Source of the DNA: an uncultured Verrucomicrobiota bacterium
Lineage (GTDB): Bacteria; Verrucomicrobiota; Kiritimatiellia; CAIQIC01; Lenti-01
Direction of reading: 5' to 3'
Assembly: GCA_964526745.1 (NCBI GenBank)
Contig: CAZGMQ010000002.1
Location: 1,604-65,603, forward strand
Length of the DNA: 64,000 bases
Positions within the stretch are counted from its first letter, which is position 1, and every line of letters starts with the position of its first letter. The notes under the pieces are model-generated. The model worked only from the letters and a program-made list of their open reading frames with translations, had not been told where the DNA came from and ran no database searches. The position numbers and the translations under genes are program-made. Positions 19,909 through 28,371 of this stretch are shown piece after piece.

Positions 19909-20640
19909 TTACCAATCGGCGAAGGCCTTGGCGCCGTTTTGCATGACTTCGCCGCGGGCGTTGGAGGAAAGGGTTTTGCCTTCCGCATCCACAATGACGA
20001 GGGTGGGGATTCCCTGAACATTATATAGCTTCTTCAGCGCTTCACGGTGCTTGTCCTTGAAGGGGAGCGCTAGCCAAGGCATCTCATGGCTCTTCATGTA
20101 GGCCCGAGTGCTCTTTTGTCGCGGTCATGGGAAACCAGGACGATCTCAAAGGGTTTTCCTTCGGCCTGCAGCTCGTTATATAGGCCTTGACCAGCATCGG
20201 AGAAAATTTTCGGCAGGGCGGGCACCAGGAGGCCGAAAAGTAGAGGCCGATCTTTTTGCCGTTGAGTTCGGCAGTCGAGACGCTCTTCCCCTTGGCATCG
20301 ACCAGACGCGAGCCGAACAACTCGACTAGTTCAGGGGTCGCGGCCTCTTCAGCTTCAACTCTGCACCGGGCCGCCCCTGGCTGCCGACATAGATTTGGTC
20401 TGCGCTGCTGAGCTGGTTCAGGCGGATCCGGAGTTTATCCCCTTCGGGCGGCTGCAGAACAACGTCGCCGAACCGGGATTCCAGAAAGTCGGCATCGATG
20501 GTTTTCCCGCTGGCGCTGGTCCAGGTCCGAACCTCCTGGGTGGCGGCGTTCAAAGCAGTGCTGGCGATCAGCAGAACAACAAGGGACTTGTTCATGAGGC
20601 TCTCCTTTATGGGTCTGATTGAGAAAGATGCGGCACTCAA
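19909..20640 (-). pseudogene. frameshifted SHD1-domain / thioredoxin-like (nucleoredoxin-type, WCPPC) exported protein
   Basis: Three consecutive minus-strand ORFs in different frames. One has signal peptide plus SHD1-like RTWTSASGKTIDADFLES...LSSADQIYV. One has LYFSASWCPPCRKF. One has MPWLALPFKDKHREALKKLYNVQGIPTLVIVDAEGK. A frame break lies at a tatata slip near 20170, and at least one more near 20090 and 20325. Confidence 0.55.
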
Positions 20641-20774
20641 AGACCAGCAGAGATAGTGGGGAAAGAGGGGGCTGATGCGGTTTGCATCGAATAGAACCCC
20701 ACATACAAAAATAGCGCCCTCCCGCTGGAGGACGCTTGTTGTGAGGAGAGGAAGAATCTGCGTTTAGGAGGGAG

Positions 20775-21347
20775 TCACCACCAGCCGAGAGCTTCGTCGC
20801 CCTGGAAGGTCAGGTCCCGCAGATGCTGATCCACAATCTGCTTTTTGGCCTGCCGGCGGGTGTTGAGCAGCGTCTGGATATGATTGAGTTCCCGCTCCAG
20901 ATGCTTCACCTCCAGCTCGCGCTCGGCCATGCGCAGTTCGAACACCTGGTTGAGAATTTCCTCCAGCTTCTTCTTCAGCTCGAGCTTGGTTTCCTTGTCC
21001 TGAGTCTGGCGAATCTGTTCGGCCAGGACTTCACTCTTCCGGTCGAGACGGTGGGCCTGGAGGAGCCCTTCGGCCAGCTCCGGATATTCCGGATTCAGTT
21101 CCCCATAGCGGATCATCATGTGGCCGAACATCTCGATCCGGTGGGGGTATTCACGGGGATCCTCGGCTTTGATCTGCTGCAGATGCTGGAAGGTTTCCGG
21201 CAGATGGGTTTCCACAAAGGCCAGTGTCTCCAGTTCGCTGGGCATCGGGGGCGGGCCCGGCGGTGGCTCGGGTTCCTGTGCAAAGCCTGGAGCGCAGAGC
21301 AACAGTCCGACGGCGAGAAGCAGGGCGGTCATGGGGATGGTTTTCAT
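20775..21347 (-). CDS. exported coiled-coil periplasmic protein (possibly Spy/CpxP-like stress protein)
   Basis: Start MKTIPMTALLLAVGLLLCAPGFAQEPEPPPGPPP is a signal peptide. Rest is helical and charged. Last gene of the sigma/anti-sigma operon. No LTXXQ motif seen. Confidence 0.55.
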   Translation of the reverse strand: MKTIPMTALLLAVGLLLCAPGFAQEPEPPPGPPPMPSELETLAFVETHLPETFQHLQQIKAEDPREYPHRIEMFGHMMIRYGELNPEYPELAEGLLQAHRLDRKSEVLAEQIRQTQDKETKLELKKKLEEILNQVFELRMAERELEVKHLERELNHIQTLLNTRRQAKKQIVDQHLRDLTFQGDEALGWW

Positions 21348-22153
21348 ATGGTCTTCCTTTCTTTCCTTTGGCAAATGAATCCGCTGGAGTCCGGCTGTAC
21401 ACGGCGGCTTTCTGACTGTGATACCCCGGTCAGGGGGGAGATTATTGTCGAGAGGGGGAGCGCCGGCCAGACGGGGCCGACCTTGTCCAGCGCGGCTTGG
21501 ACGGGCACAGGCAGGTCCATGACCCAAATGTCCTCGCGAATGAAATCCATGCCGGATTTGATGCGCTGCATCCGCCGATCCAACGGAGCGGAGGCCGGCT
21601 CTTCCCGTACAGAGGCCATTTGCGGGCGGCAGCGCGCCTGGAGATCGCTGAGGCGGCTTTTCACGCCAGCCATCAGCGTGGGGGCGGGATCCGGCAGGGG
21701 AATAGCCCGCGGGCTTGCAGCCGGTGCAGGAGCCTCCATCATGGCGTCCCGCAGCTGTGCAATGCGTTCGGCCAGTTCGTCATCGCCGACCGGGATGTCG
21801 GGGGTGACGGGTGCAGGTCCCTGGGCGACTTGGGCAGGCCCACGGCGGAGATGAAGGCCCCAGAATACGCCTCCGAGCAGGAGGAGCATCGCGGCGGCGG
21901 CCAGGAGCGGAGCCGGTACGTGCCAGTGGATCGTGCGTTTCCTGGGCTTCACTTGATCCAGAGCGGCTGTGACCAGGTCGTGGCTGGGCTCATGGAGAGG
22001 CAGGTGCGCCAGCAGTTTTTCCTGCTCTTGCAGTTCAGCAAGGGCTCGTTGGGCTTCCGGCGATTGTGCCAGAGCCTTTTCGAACTCCACCCGTTCCTTT
22101 GCTGACAGTTCATCGGCCAGATAGAGGAACAGTTCTGTATGGGTGATTTTCAT
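21344..22153 (-). CDS. anti-sigma factor (single-pass membrane)
   Basis: MKITHTELFLYLADELSAKERVEFEKALAQSPEAQRALAEL is a typical anti-sigma N-domain. TM LLAAAAMLLLLGGVFWGL. ATGA overlaps with both neighbours. Confidence 0.65.
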   Translation of the reverse strand: MKITHTELFLYLADELSAKERVEFEKALAQSPEAQRALAELQEQEKLLAHLPLHEPSHDLVTAALDQVKPRKRTIHWHVPAPLLAAAAMLLLLGGVFWGLHLRRGPAQVAQGPAPVTPDIPVGDDELAERIAQLRDAMMEAPAPAASPRAIPLPDPAPTLMAGVKSRLSDLQARCRPQMASVREEPASAPLDRRMQRIKSGMDFIREDIWVMDLPVPVQAALDKVGPVWPALPLSTIISPLTGVSQSESRRVQPDSSGFICQRKERKTI

Positions 22154-22755
22154 TCCGATTCTCGTTTCTCTCCAAACCATTCACGCAGTCGGGTAGAGGC
22201 ATTCCGCATCCGACCCAGTGTGGTGTTCAGCGGCGCGTCCATCACCTCCGCAATTTCGCGGAACCTCAGTTCCGAATACGTCCGCAACAGCACCACCTGT
22301 TTCTCGGCCTCCGGCAGGGTGTCCACGGCTTGGGCCACCCAGGCTGCTTGCTCCTGATCAACCAGGCCGGTTCCGGGGAGCGGTGAGGTGTCCACCGCCT
22401 CAGGTGGAGCCCCTTCCCCGTCTTCATCCATCCAGATGCCTTCACCCAGTGGCATTCGCTTTCGCTTGTCAGCCATTCTCAGTCCTTCACGATAGGCAAT
22501 TTGAAAGATCCAACTCTTGAATTTTCCTTTCTTGCAATCAAACCGATTCAGTTTTCTTGCCACCCGGATAAAGGTCTCCTGGGCGGCATCCTCCGCATCA
22601 TGCTGATTTTGCAGCATTCGAAGAAGGAAACTGTAGATCCGGGTCTGATAGAGCCTTAACAGCTGTTCCAGCGCCGAATCGGTGCCATCCGCCCACAATG
22701 CAATCAGCGCATTGTCGCGCGCGGCGTCCTCTTCATGATGTGATACCTCAGGCAT
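22150..22755 (-). CDS. ECF (sigma-70 family, group 4) RNA polymerase sigma factor
   Basis: Regions 2 and 4: IYSFLLRMLQNQHDAEDAAQETFIRVARKL ... LPEAEKQVVLLRTYSELRFREIAEVMDAPLNTTLGRM. Confidence 0.8.
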   Translation of the reverse strand: MPEVSHHEEDAARDNALIALWADGTDSALEQLLRLYQTRIYSFLLRMLQNQHDAEDAAQETFIRVARKLNRFDCKKGKFKSWIFQIAYREGLRMADKRKRMPLGEGIWMDEDGEGAPPEAVDTSPLPGTGLVDQEQAAWVAQAVDTLPEAEKQVVLLRTYSELRFREIAEVMDAPLNTTLGRMRNASTRLREWFGEKRESE

Positions 22756-22955
22756 TCCGTTTTTATTGTGGGCGTCGTTCACTAAAAGCTCTAAGAATGC
22801 GCCACCCAAAGGGACCCGTCAAGCGGATGTCCCTCGCATGCGGACAATAATTGAGAGCGGCGGAGGGTATTCACTTACAGCACCACGGATTTGCCGGTGG
22901 CGTGTAGGACGGTTATCATCCTGACAGCGAGCCGCGGGTGCAGAAAGGAAGCATC

Positions 22956-24878
22956 ATGAAGAGGTACTGCACTGTCGTTGGAAGTCTCCTCTGGATGGGG
23001 ATGGCGCTGCAGGGGGGATTTGCACAGGGAACCACCTGGTACGTGCGGGTGGATGGGGGATCTGCCGAGCAGTGCACCGGGCTGGTGGATGCTCCCTATC
23101 CGGGCAGTGGAACGAACCAGGCCTGTGCCTGGAACCATCCTTTCCAGGCCCTGCCGCCGGGCGGCTCCCCCCGCATCGCGGGCGGAGACACCCTTCTGAT
23201 CGGCCCCGGGAGCTACGCCATGGGGCTGGGCGCGCCGGGGGCGGACGCGTGCGACAGCTGGGCCCCCTGGGATTGTCATGCGCCGCCGGTGCCCGGTGGA
23301 CCGGATGCGGCGCATCCCACCCGTATTCTGGGGTCGGGATGGGACTCCGGCTGCACCAACAAACCCGTCTTGTGGGGAACCGAGCGCGCCTGGACCCTAT
23401 TGAATCTGTCGGGGGCCACGAATGTCGAGGTGGGTTGTCTGGAACTGACGGATCACTCAGGCTGTGTGGAATTCCACAGCGGGGGCATTCCCTGTGAACG
23501 GGACACCTACCCCTATGGCGACTGGGCGCCGAGAGGCATCTATGCCGAAGATGCGGCCAACATTTATTTGCATGATCTGGATATCCACGGGCTGGCCTAT
23601 GCGGGTATTCAGGCGGGCCGTTTGACCGATTGGACGGTGGAGAATGTCCGCCTGGCGGGCAACGGCTGGGTCGGCTGGGATGGAGATATCGACGGCGATG
23701 ACGGGAATACGGGTACGATGCTCTTCACCAATTTCGTGGTGGAGTGGAACGGGTGCGGAGAAAGCTATCCGGCTGGCGCGCCGACGGGCTGCTGGGCACA
23801 GAGTGCGGGCGGATATGGTGACGGTCTCGGCACGGGAGAGACCGGCGGTAACTGGGTGTTTGAGAACTGTGACTTTTCGCACAACACCTCGGACGGTCTG
23901 GATCTGCTCTATGTTCGGCGGTCGGGCTCATCCATCCTGATTCGCAATACGTTGGCGGAGGGCAACGCCGGCAACCAGCTCAAGACATCGGGGCCGGCGG
24001 TCATCGAAAACTGTATGGCTGTGGGCAACTGCGGATTCTTTGAAGGGAAGCCGTTCACCTATTATGTGGATCCCTGCCGGGCCTTGGGGAACACGCTGTC
24101 CCTGGCGCTTAACCCCGGTGATCAGGTTTCCATCTTGAATTCCACCCTGACCGGGGAGGGGGACTGTCTTGTGATTGCAGGTTGCATCGATACCTCCTGC
24201 AATGGAACCGAGCAGGTGCTACTGCGAAACAATATCTTTCTCGGGCACACCGATTTCCATCAGCCGTTTGAAAATACCTGCCTGACCTACGGAGAAGGGT
24301 TTCCCTCTGACCCCTTCGATTTGGATTTTTCCGTGATCCAAGACGTAAAGAACAATCCATGTCCCGTGGGGACGAATGACATCTGCGGCAACCCTCAGCT
24401 GACCGATATGACGTTGGCTTCCTTTAATGCCACTCCGCTCTCCAACAGCCCGGCCATAGATGCCGGGATGGAGCTGTCGACTGTGCGCCGGGACATTACG
24501 GGCGTGTCCCGGCCACTGGACGGACGAAATGACGGAACAAATCGCTGGGACATCGGCGCGGTCGAGTTTGTTCATCCCGCCGCCGATTCGGATGCGGATA
24601 CGATGCGGGATGCGGATGAGGTCACGGCAGGCACCGATGCCACCAATTCAAGTTCGCTGTTTGTGCTGGGTCCCATTCTGTCGGACCCCGAACCCATCCT
24701 GAGCTGGTGGGGGGTCTCGAACCGGCTCTATGACGTGGAATCGGCCATGCTGTCCACAGGGGACTGGTCGGCGGTCGCGGGCGGAACGAATTTGGCGGGA
24801 GCGGATGCCGCATGGGTGTTTACCAATCCCGTCCCTCCCTCCACCCGCTACTATCGGGTTCGGGTGCGAAAGCCCTGA
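22956..24878 (+). CDS. secreted right-handed parallel beta-helix repeat protein
   Basis: Signal peptide MKRYCTVVGSLLWMGMALQGGFAQG. Gly/Asn/Asp-rich beta-helix repeats. Asp-rich TSP3-like stretch ADSDADTMRDADEVTAGTDATN. C-terminal motif ...RYYRVRVRKP. Confidence 0.7.
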   Translation: MKRYCTVVGSLLWMGMALQGGFAQGTTWYVRVDGGSAEQCTGLVDAPYPGSGTNQACAWNHPFQALPPGGSPRIAGGDTLLIGPGSYAMGLGAPGADACDSWAPWDCHAPPVPGGPDAAHPTRILGSGWDSGCTNKPVLWGTERAWTLLNLSGATNVEVGCLELTDHSGCVEFHSGGIPCERDTYPYGDWAPRGIYAEDAANIYLHDLDIHGLAYAGIQAGRLTDWTVENVRLAGNGWVGWDGDIDGDDGNTGTMLFTNFVVEWNGCGESYPAGAPTGCWAQSAGGYGDGLGTGETGGNWVFENCDFSHNTSDGLDLLYVRRSGSSILIRNTLAEGNAGNQLKTSGPAVIENCMAVGNCGFFEGKPFTYYVDPCRALGNTLSLALNPGDQVSILNSTLTGEGDCLVIAGCIDTSCNGTEQVLLRNNIFLGHTDFHQPFENTCLTYGEGFPSDPFDLDFSVIQDVKNNPCPVGTNDICGNPQLTDMTLASFNATPLSNSPAIDAGMELSTVRRDITGVSRPLDGRNDGTNRWDIGAVEFVHPAADSDADTMRDADEVTAGTDATNSSSLFVLGPILSDPEPILSWWGVSNRLYDVESAMLSTGDWSAVAGGTNLAGADAAWVFTNPVPPSTRYYRVRVRKP

Positions 24879-24894
24879 TTCCGGATTCAAGGGG

Positions 24895-24960
24895 ATTCGT
24901 AGGCAGGGAGAATCGAACTCCAACAATAATCCTCTGGAGCTGGGGGTACTACCCCACAGA
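24895..24960 (-). other. tRNA-like fragment (T-arm GGAGTTCGATTCTCC plus acceptor-like 3' strand), not a complete tRNA
   Basis: Minus-strand reading ...CCAGCTCCAGAGGATTATTGTTGGAGTTCGATTCTCCCTGCCTACGAAT. Canonical T-loop TTCGATT with 4-bp stem. No matching 5' acceptor or D-arm found. Confidence 0.35.
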
Positions 24961-24976
24961 AGGAGCATCAGTCATC

Positions 24977-27715
24977 ATGAACACAATCAACCACATCGTA
25001 CGAATCGGGATCCTGGCCGCCCTCTTCACGCTTGGGGCCGAGGCGGCCGTCAAGATCAACGACGGGAGCACCTATCCCACGCTGCGGACGGCCGTTCAGG
25101 CGGCGGCCAACAGCGACACCCTGCGGATTGAAGCGGGCGTCTATGGCGAGACGCTCGTCATTTCCAACAAGGATCTCACGCTGGAAGGCGGCTATGACGC
25201 CACGTTCACCAGCCGAACGGGAGGGGCTTCCATCCTGGATGCTCAGCACGCTGGCACCGCGCTCTGGATCATGGATTCCAGCTCGCGGGTGGACCGGGTG
25301 GAGTTGACGGGCGGTACCGGGGATGCCCTGAACCTATGGGCGGGCGGCGGTAGCCTGCTCCACCGCTCGTGGGTGGAGTTTTTGGATTGCTCTATTTATT
25401 CAAATACGGCCTCCCTCGGCGGCGGTTTGTTTGTGGGGCAGTTCGCCTATGCAAAACTGACGGGGGCAACGGACATACTCTCAAATCAGGCGGCCTTTTA
25501 TGGTGGCGGTATCTACACGGATGGTCGCTGTGATCTGATTCATAGCAACACGCTGGTGAGCGGGAACACTGCCAATGAAGGCAGCGGCGGTGGCATCTGG
25601 GTGGAGACCGGTTATCTTCGGCTGTTTCAGGCATCTGTGCTCGGGAATGAAGCACTGCCCGGTGCGGGGGGCGTCGAGGCCTCTGGTGGCGGCATTGGGG
25701 GAAACGGTTCCTTTGTCGAAATCGGGGATAATGCTTCTGTAAGTTATAATCAGGCGGTGATGGGAGGCGGAGTGGCCCTGTTCAACTCCACCGGGCATCT
25801 GGGCCGTGCCCGGCTCGGAGACGTGTATCTGGGCCAGAATCAGGCAACGGGATTCGGTGGCGGGGGGTTCGCTTCTAATTCAGCCCTCCTGGTGAAGGGA
25901 ATGAATATTTGGGCGAATGAAGCGGTTCAAGGCGGCGGCGGATTCTATTTCGACCGGTGTGTGGTGGATTCCGACACCAATGGAATGGGTGCCACCCAGT
26001 GTGAGACCGATGGCAATGGCGGTGGTTTCTATTTTGCGGACAGCACGGCTCGGGTCTCTCGCCTGATTTGTGGAGATCTTCACCCGATCACCGGTAATGT
26101 GGCTGGGGGCAATGGCGGAGGGCTGTTTGCCACGAATTCATGGATGGAGATCAAGGGCGGCCAATTCACCCACAACCGGGCCACCAATTCCTTGGGCCCT
26201 CCATATGGCGGGGGGGGCGGCCTGTATGTGGAGGACTGCTTCCTGTCGATCTCGAATTCCCTGGACTATGTTGGATATGATGTCCCCCTCTTCTGGGATA
26301 ATCAGGCCTCGACCAATTTTGGGTATGGAGGGGCCCTGTTCTATGGCGGCTCCTCAACCGTCCTGGTTTATCAAACGGTGTTCACCAACAACGGCGCGGT
26401 GTTCGGAGGTGCGGTCTTTGGCAGCTGGGGAAGCACGCTGACCCTTCTGGACAGCGGGTTCAGAAACAATATCGTCGACCGGGATGGCGGTGCGATGTAT
26501 GTCTACGACAATGAGGTTGCGATTCAGCAATGCCGGTTCGAAGGCAATTATGCCAATAGCGATGGCGGCGCCATCCATGCGAGCATCGGCGCAAATCTGG
26601 AACTGATAGACTGCCATCTGATCGAAAACGAAGCCAATCTCAAAGGCGGGGCCTTGTATGCGGAAGGCATTCAACTGACAGTTTCCGGATCGGTTCCGTA
26701 TCAGCCTGTCAACGGCGGCTGGTCCATGCTGTTTCAGGGGAACGAAGCCTGGCAGGGCGGCGGCGCCTATATTGAATCCAGCACCTCCCTCATCCATCAT
26801 GCCGTCTTCAGCGATAACAGCGGCGGCGGCTATGCATCTGGTCTGTTGCAGCAGGATGGTCTGTTGCAGATGGACAATACGCTGATTACGGGCGGGGTCG
26901 ACAACCGTGCCACCGGCGGTACGGAGCCCGGTGCGGGACTTTCCATGAACGCCTCGGCCACTAGTCACCTGTTTGCCTGTACCATCGCGGCGAATGGAGG
27001 GGATGGCGTCCGCCTCTATGGAGGGACCTTGAATGCAACCAACTGCATTCTATGGGACAATGCAGGGGGCAACATCGAAACCCAGGTGGTTTCCACGATT
27101 ACTATTGATTGGTCCGATATCGGTGGAGGCTGGGCGGGAACCGGCAACATCGATGCCGATCCTGGATTCTATTCCAACTTCCATCTCCAAAACGGATCCC
27201 CCTGCATCAACGTGGGAGCACCGGTCTCCGTCAGTCCCGGCGTCTGGGCGGATCAGGATATCGACGGCGAATCGCACTACATCGATCGCTTTGACATGGG
27301 ATTTGATGAATTCCAGGACACGGATGGCGATGCGATGCCGGACATCGTGGAAACCGGCACCGGTGTATCGGTGGACGAAATCGACATGGGCACCAACCCG
27401 CTCGACCCCGACAGCGATGGAGACACAATCAATGATGGCGATGAATGGGACATCGGTACCAATCCGGTGGACGGAAATGATTTCTTGCACATTTCTGCCA
27501 TCGCAGAGCCGGCTCCCGCCCAGCAGGTCCTGACGGTGCTCAGCGGCGAATCGGCAAATTTGATTCTGGAAGCCAATCAGAACTCATTGAGCAATGCCAA
27601 TTGGCAATATGTGGATGCAAAACCCGCACCTACAAGCCGCACCAACACTTTTACGGTGAACTGGGGGCTTCCTCCAGAGCAGGTCACCTACCGGATTCGG
27701 GCTGTACGACCCTGA
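24977..27715 (+). CDS. secreted polymorphic-membrane-protein-like beta-helix protein
   Basis: 912 aa. Signal peptide MNTINHIVRIGILAALFTLGAEA. Dozens of GGG/GNG-containing beta-helix rungs. TSP3-like Asp-rich segment DTDGDAMPD...DPDSDGDTINDGDEWD. C-terminus ...VTYRIRAVRP. Confidence 0.7.
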   Translation: MNTINHIVRIGILAALFTLGAEAAVKINDGSTYPTLRTAVQAAANSDTLRIEAGVYGETLVISNKDLTLEGGYDATFTSRTGGASILDAQHAGTALWIMDSSSRVDRVELTGGTGDALNLWAGGGSLLHRSWVEFLDCSIYSNTASLGGGLFVGQFAYAKLTGATDILSNQAAFYGGGIYTDGRCDLIHSNTLVSGNTANEGSGGGIWVETGYLRLFQASVLGNEALPGAGGVEASGGGIGGNGSFVEIGDNASVSYNQAVMGGGVALFNSTGHLGRARLGDVYLGQNQATGFGGGGFASNSALLVKGMNIWANEAVQGGGGFYFDRCVVDSDTNGMGATQCETDGNGGGFYFADSTARVSRLICGDLHPITGNVAGGNGGGLFATNSWMEIKGGQFTHNRATNSLGPPYGGGGGLYVEDCFLSISNSLDYVGYDVPLFWDNQASTNFGYGGALFYGGSSTVLVYQTVFTNNGAVFGGAVFGSWGSTLTLLDSGFRNNIVDRDGGAMYVYDNEVAIQQCRFEGNYANSDGGAIHASIGANLELIDCHLIENEANLKGGALYAEGIQLTVSGSVPYQPVNGGWSMLFQGNEAWQGGGAYIESSTSLIHHAVFSDNSGGGYASGLLQQDGLLQMDNTLITGGVDNRATGGTEPGAGLSMNASATSHLFACTIAANGGDGVRLYGGTLNATNCILWDNAGGNIETQVVSTITIDWSDIGGGWAGTGNIDADPGFYSNFHLQNGSPCINVGAPVSVSPGVWADQDIDGESHYIDRFDMGFDEFQDTDGDAMPDIVETGTGVSVDEIDMGTNPLDPDSDGDTINDGDEWDIGTNPVDGNDFLHISAIAEPAPAQQVLTVLSGESANLILEANQNSLSNANWQYVDAKPAPTSRTNTFTVNWGLPPEQVTYRIRAVRP

Positions 27716-27727
27716 TGCTTCTCTGGG

Positions 27728-28150
27728 TCAACCACCGGGAGTGACTGGACTTCCGTTTGCAATGGATTCCTTTTTCAGCAAACGGGCCAGTTGCTTCCGG
27801 TACTTTCTCATTGAATAGTCTAGGCGGGTCTTCGCCACATGGCAGGAGTGACAGAGACAGTATAGATTGGTCAGGTCGTTGGGCCCTCCGTTCATCAGCG
27901 CAACGGCATGATCCATTTCCAGGTTGTTGGTCGCACCGCAGACGACACACTTCCAGCCATCCCGGTCAAACGCCGTCACTTTCTGCACCCAGGAGAACTT
28001 GCGGGCCGTTTTCCCTGTATAAGGCGTTTCTGCCACATCTGAATTGTACGTGTCAAAATAGACCTGCACGCCCGCCGCGTACGGATACTCCTGCCCCCAC
28101 GCGGTTCCCAGCGTGAGTAGACAGAGTAAAATGAGAATCCATTTCTTCAT
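27728..28150 (-). CDS. signal-peptide-bearing HNH endonuclease
   Basis: MKKWILILLCLLTLGTAWGQ signal peptide. HNH zinc-finger core WKCVVCGATNNLEMDHAVALMNGGPNDLTNLYCLCHSCHVAKT. Confidence 0.75.
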   Translation of the reverse strand: MKKWILILLCLLTLGTAWGQEYPYAAGVQVYFDTYNSDVAETPYTGKTARKFSWVQKVTAFDRDGWKCVVCGATNNLEMDHAVALMNGGPNDLTNLYCLCHSCHVAKTRLDYSMRKYRKQLARLLKKESIANGSPVTPGG

Positions 28151-28315
28151 ATGTCTATACTCTCCACCACATTCCGGCTTTTGCAAGTCCTAACGCGAAT
28201 ATAATATCTACCGGAGCCGGAGAAATCAGGGCGCGAAATCCCCCTTGCCTCGACACGTTTTACCACGATTTTTCATCTTCTGGGAACTGAAGTGGGTCCC
28301 GCAGGTATCGGTCAA

Positions 28316-28348
28316 GGCAAAGAACAGGCGCCCGCTCGCGGGCGCCTG
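28316..28348 (-). terminator. GC-rich hairpin downstream of the anti-sigma-VWA gene
   Basis: CAGGCGCCCGC-TC-GCGGGCGCCTG is a perfect 11-bp inverted repeat. On the minus strand it is followed by TTCTTTGCC. Confidence 0.5.
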
Positions 28349-28371
28349 TGTGGGTTGCGGATGAAGAAAGC

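Noticed and set aside
20823-21854. 343-aa plus-strand ORF
   Set aside because: Antisense to the sigma/anti-sigma/periplasmic-protein operon, whose frames carry recognisable motifs and translational coupling.
24895-24960. Full tRNA gene between the beta-helix genes
   Set aside because: Only the T-arm and 3' acceptor-like strand are recognisable. No D-arm or complementary 5' acceptor. Kept only as a fragment.
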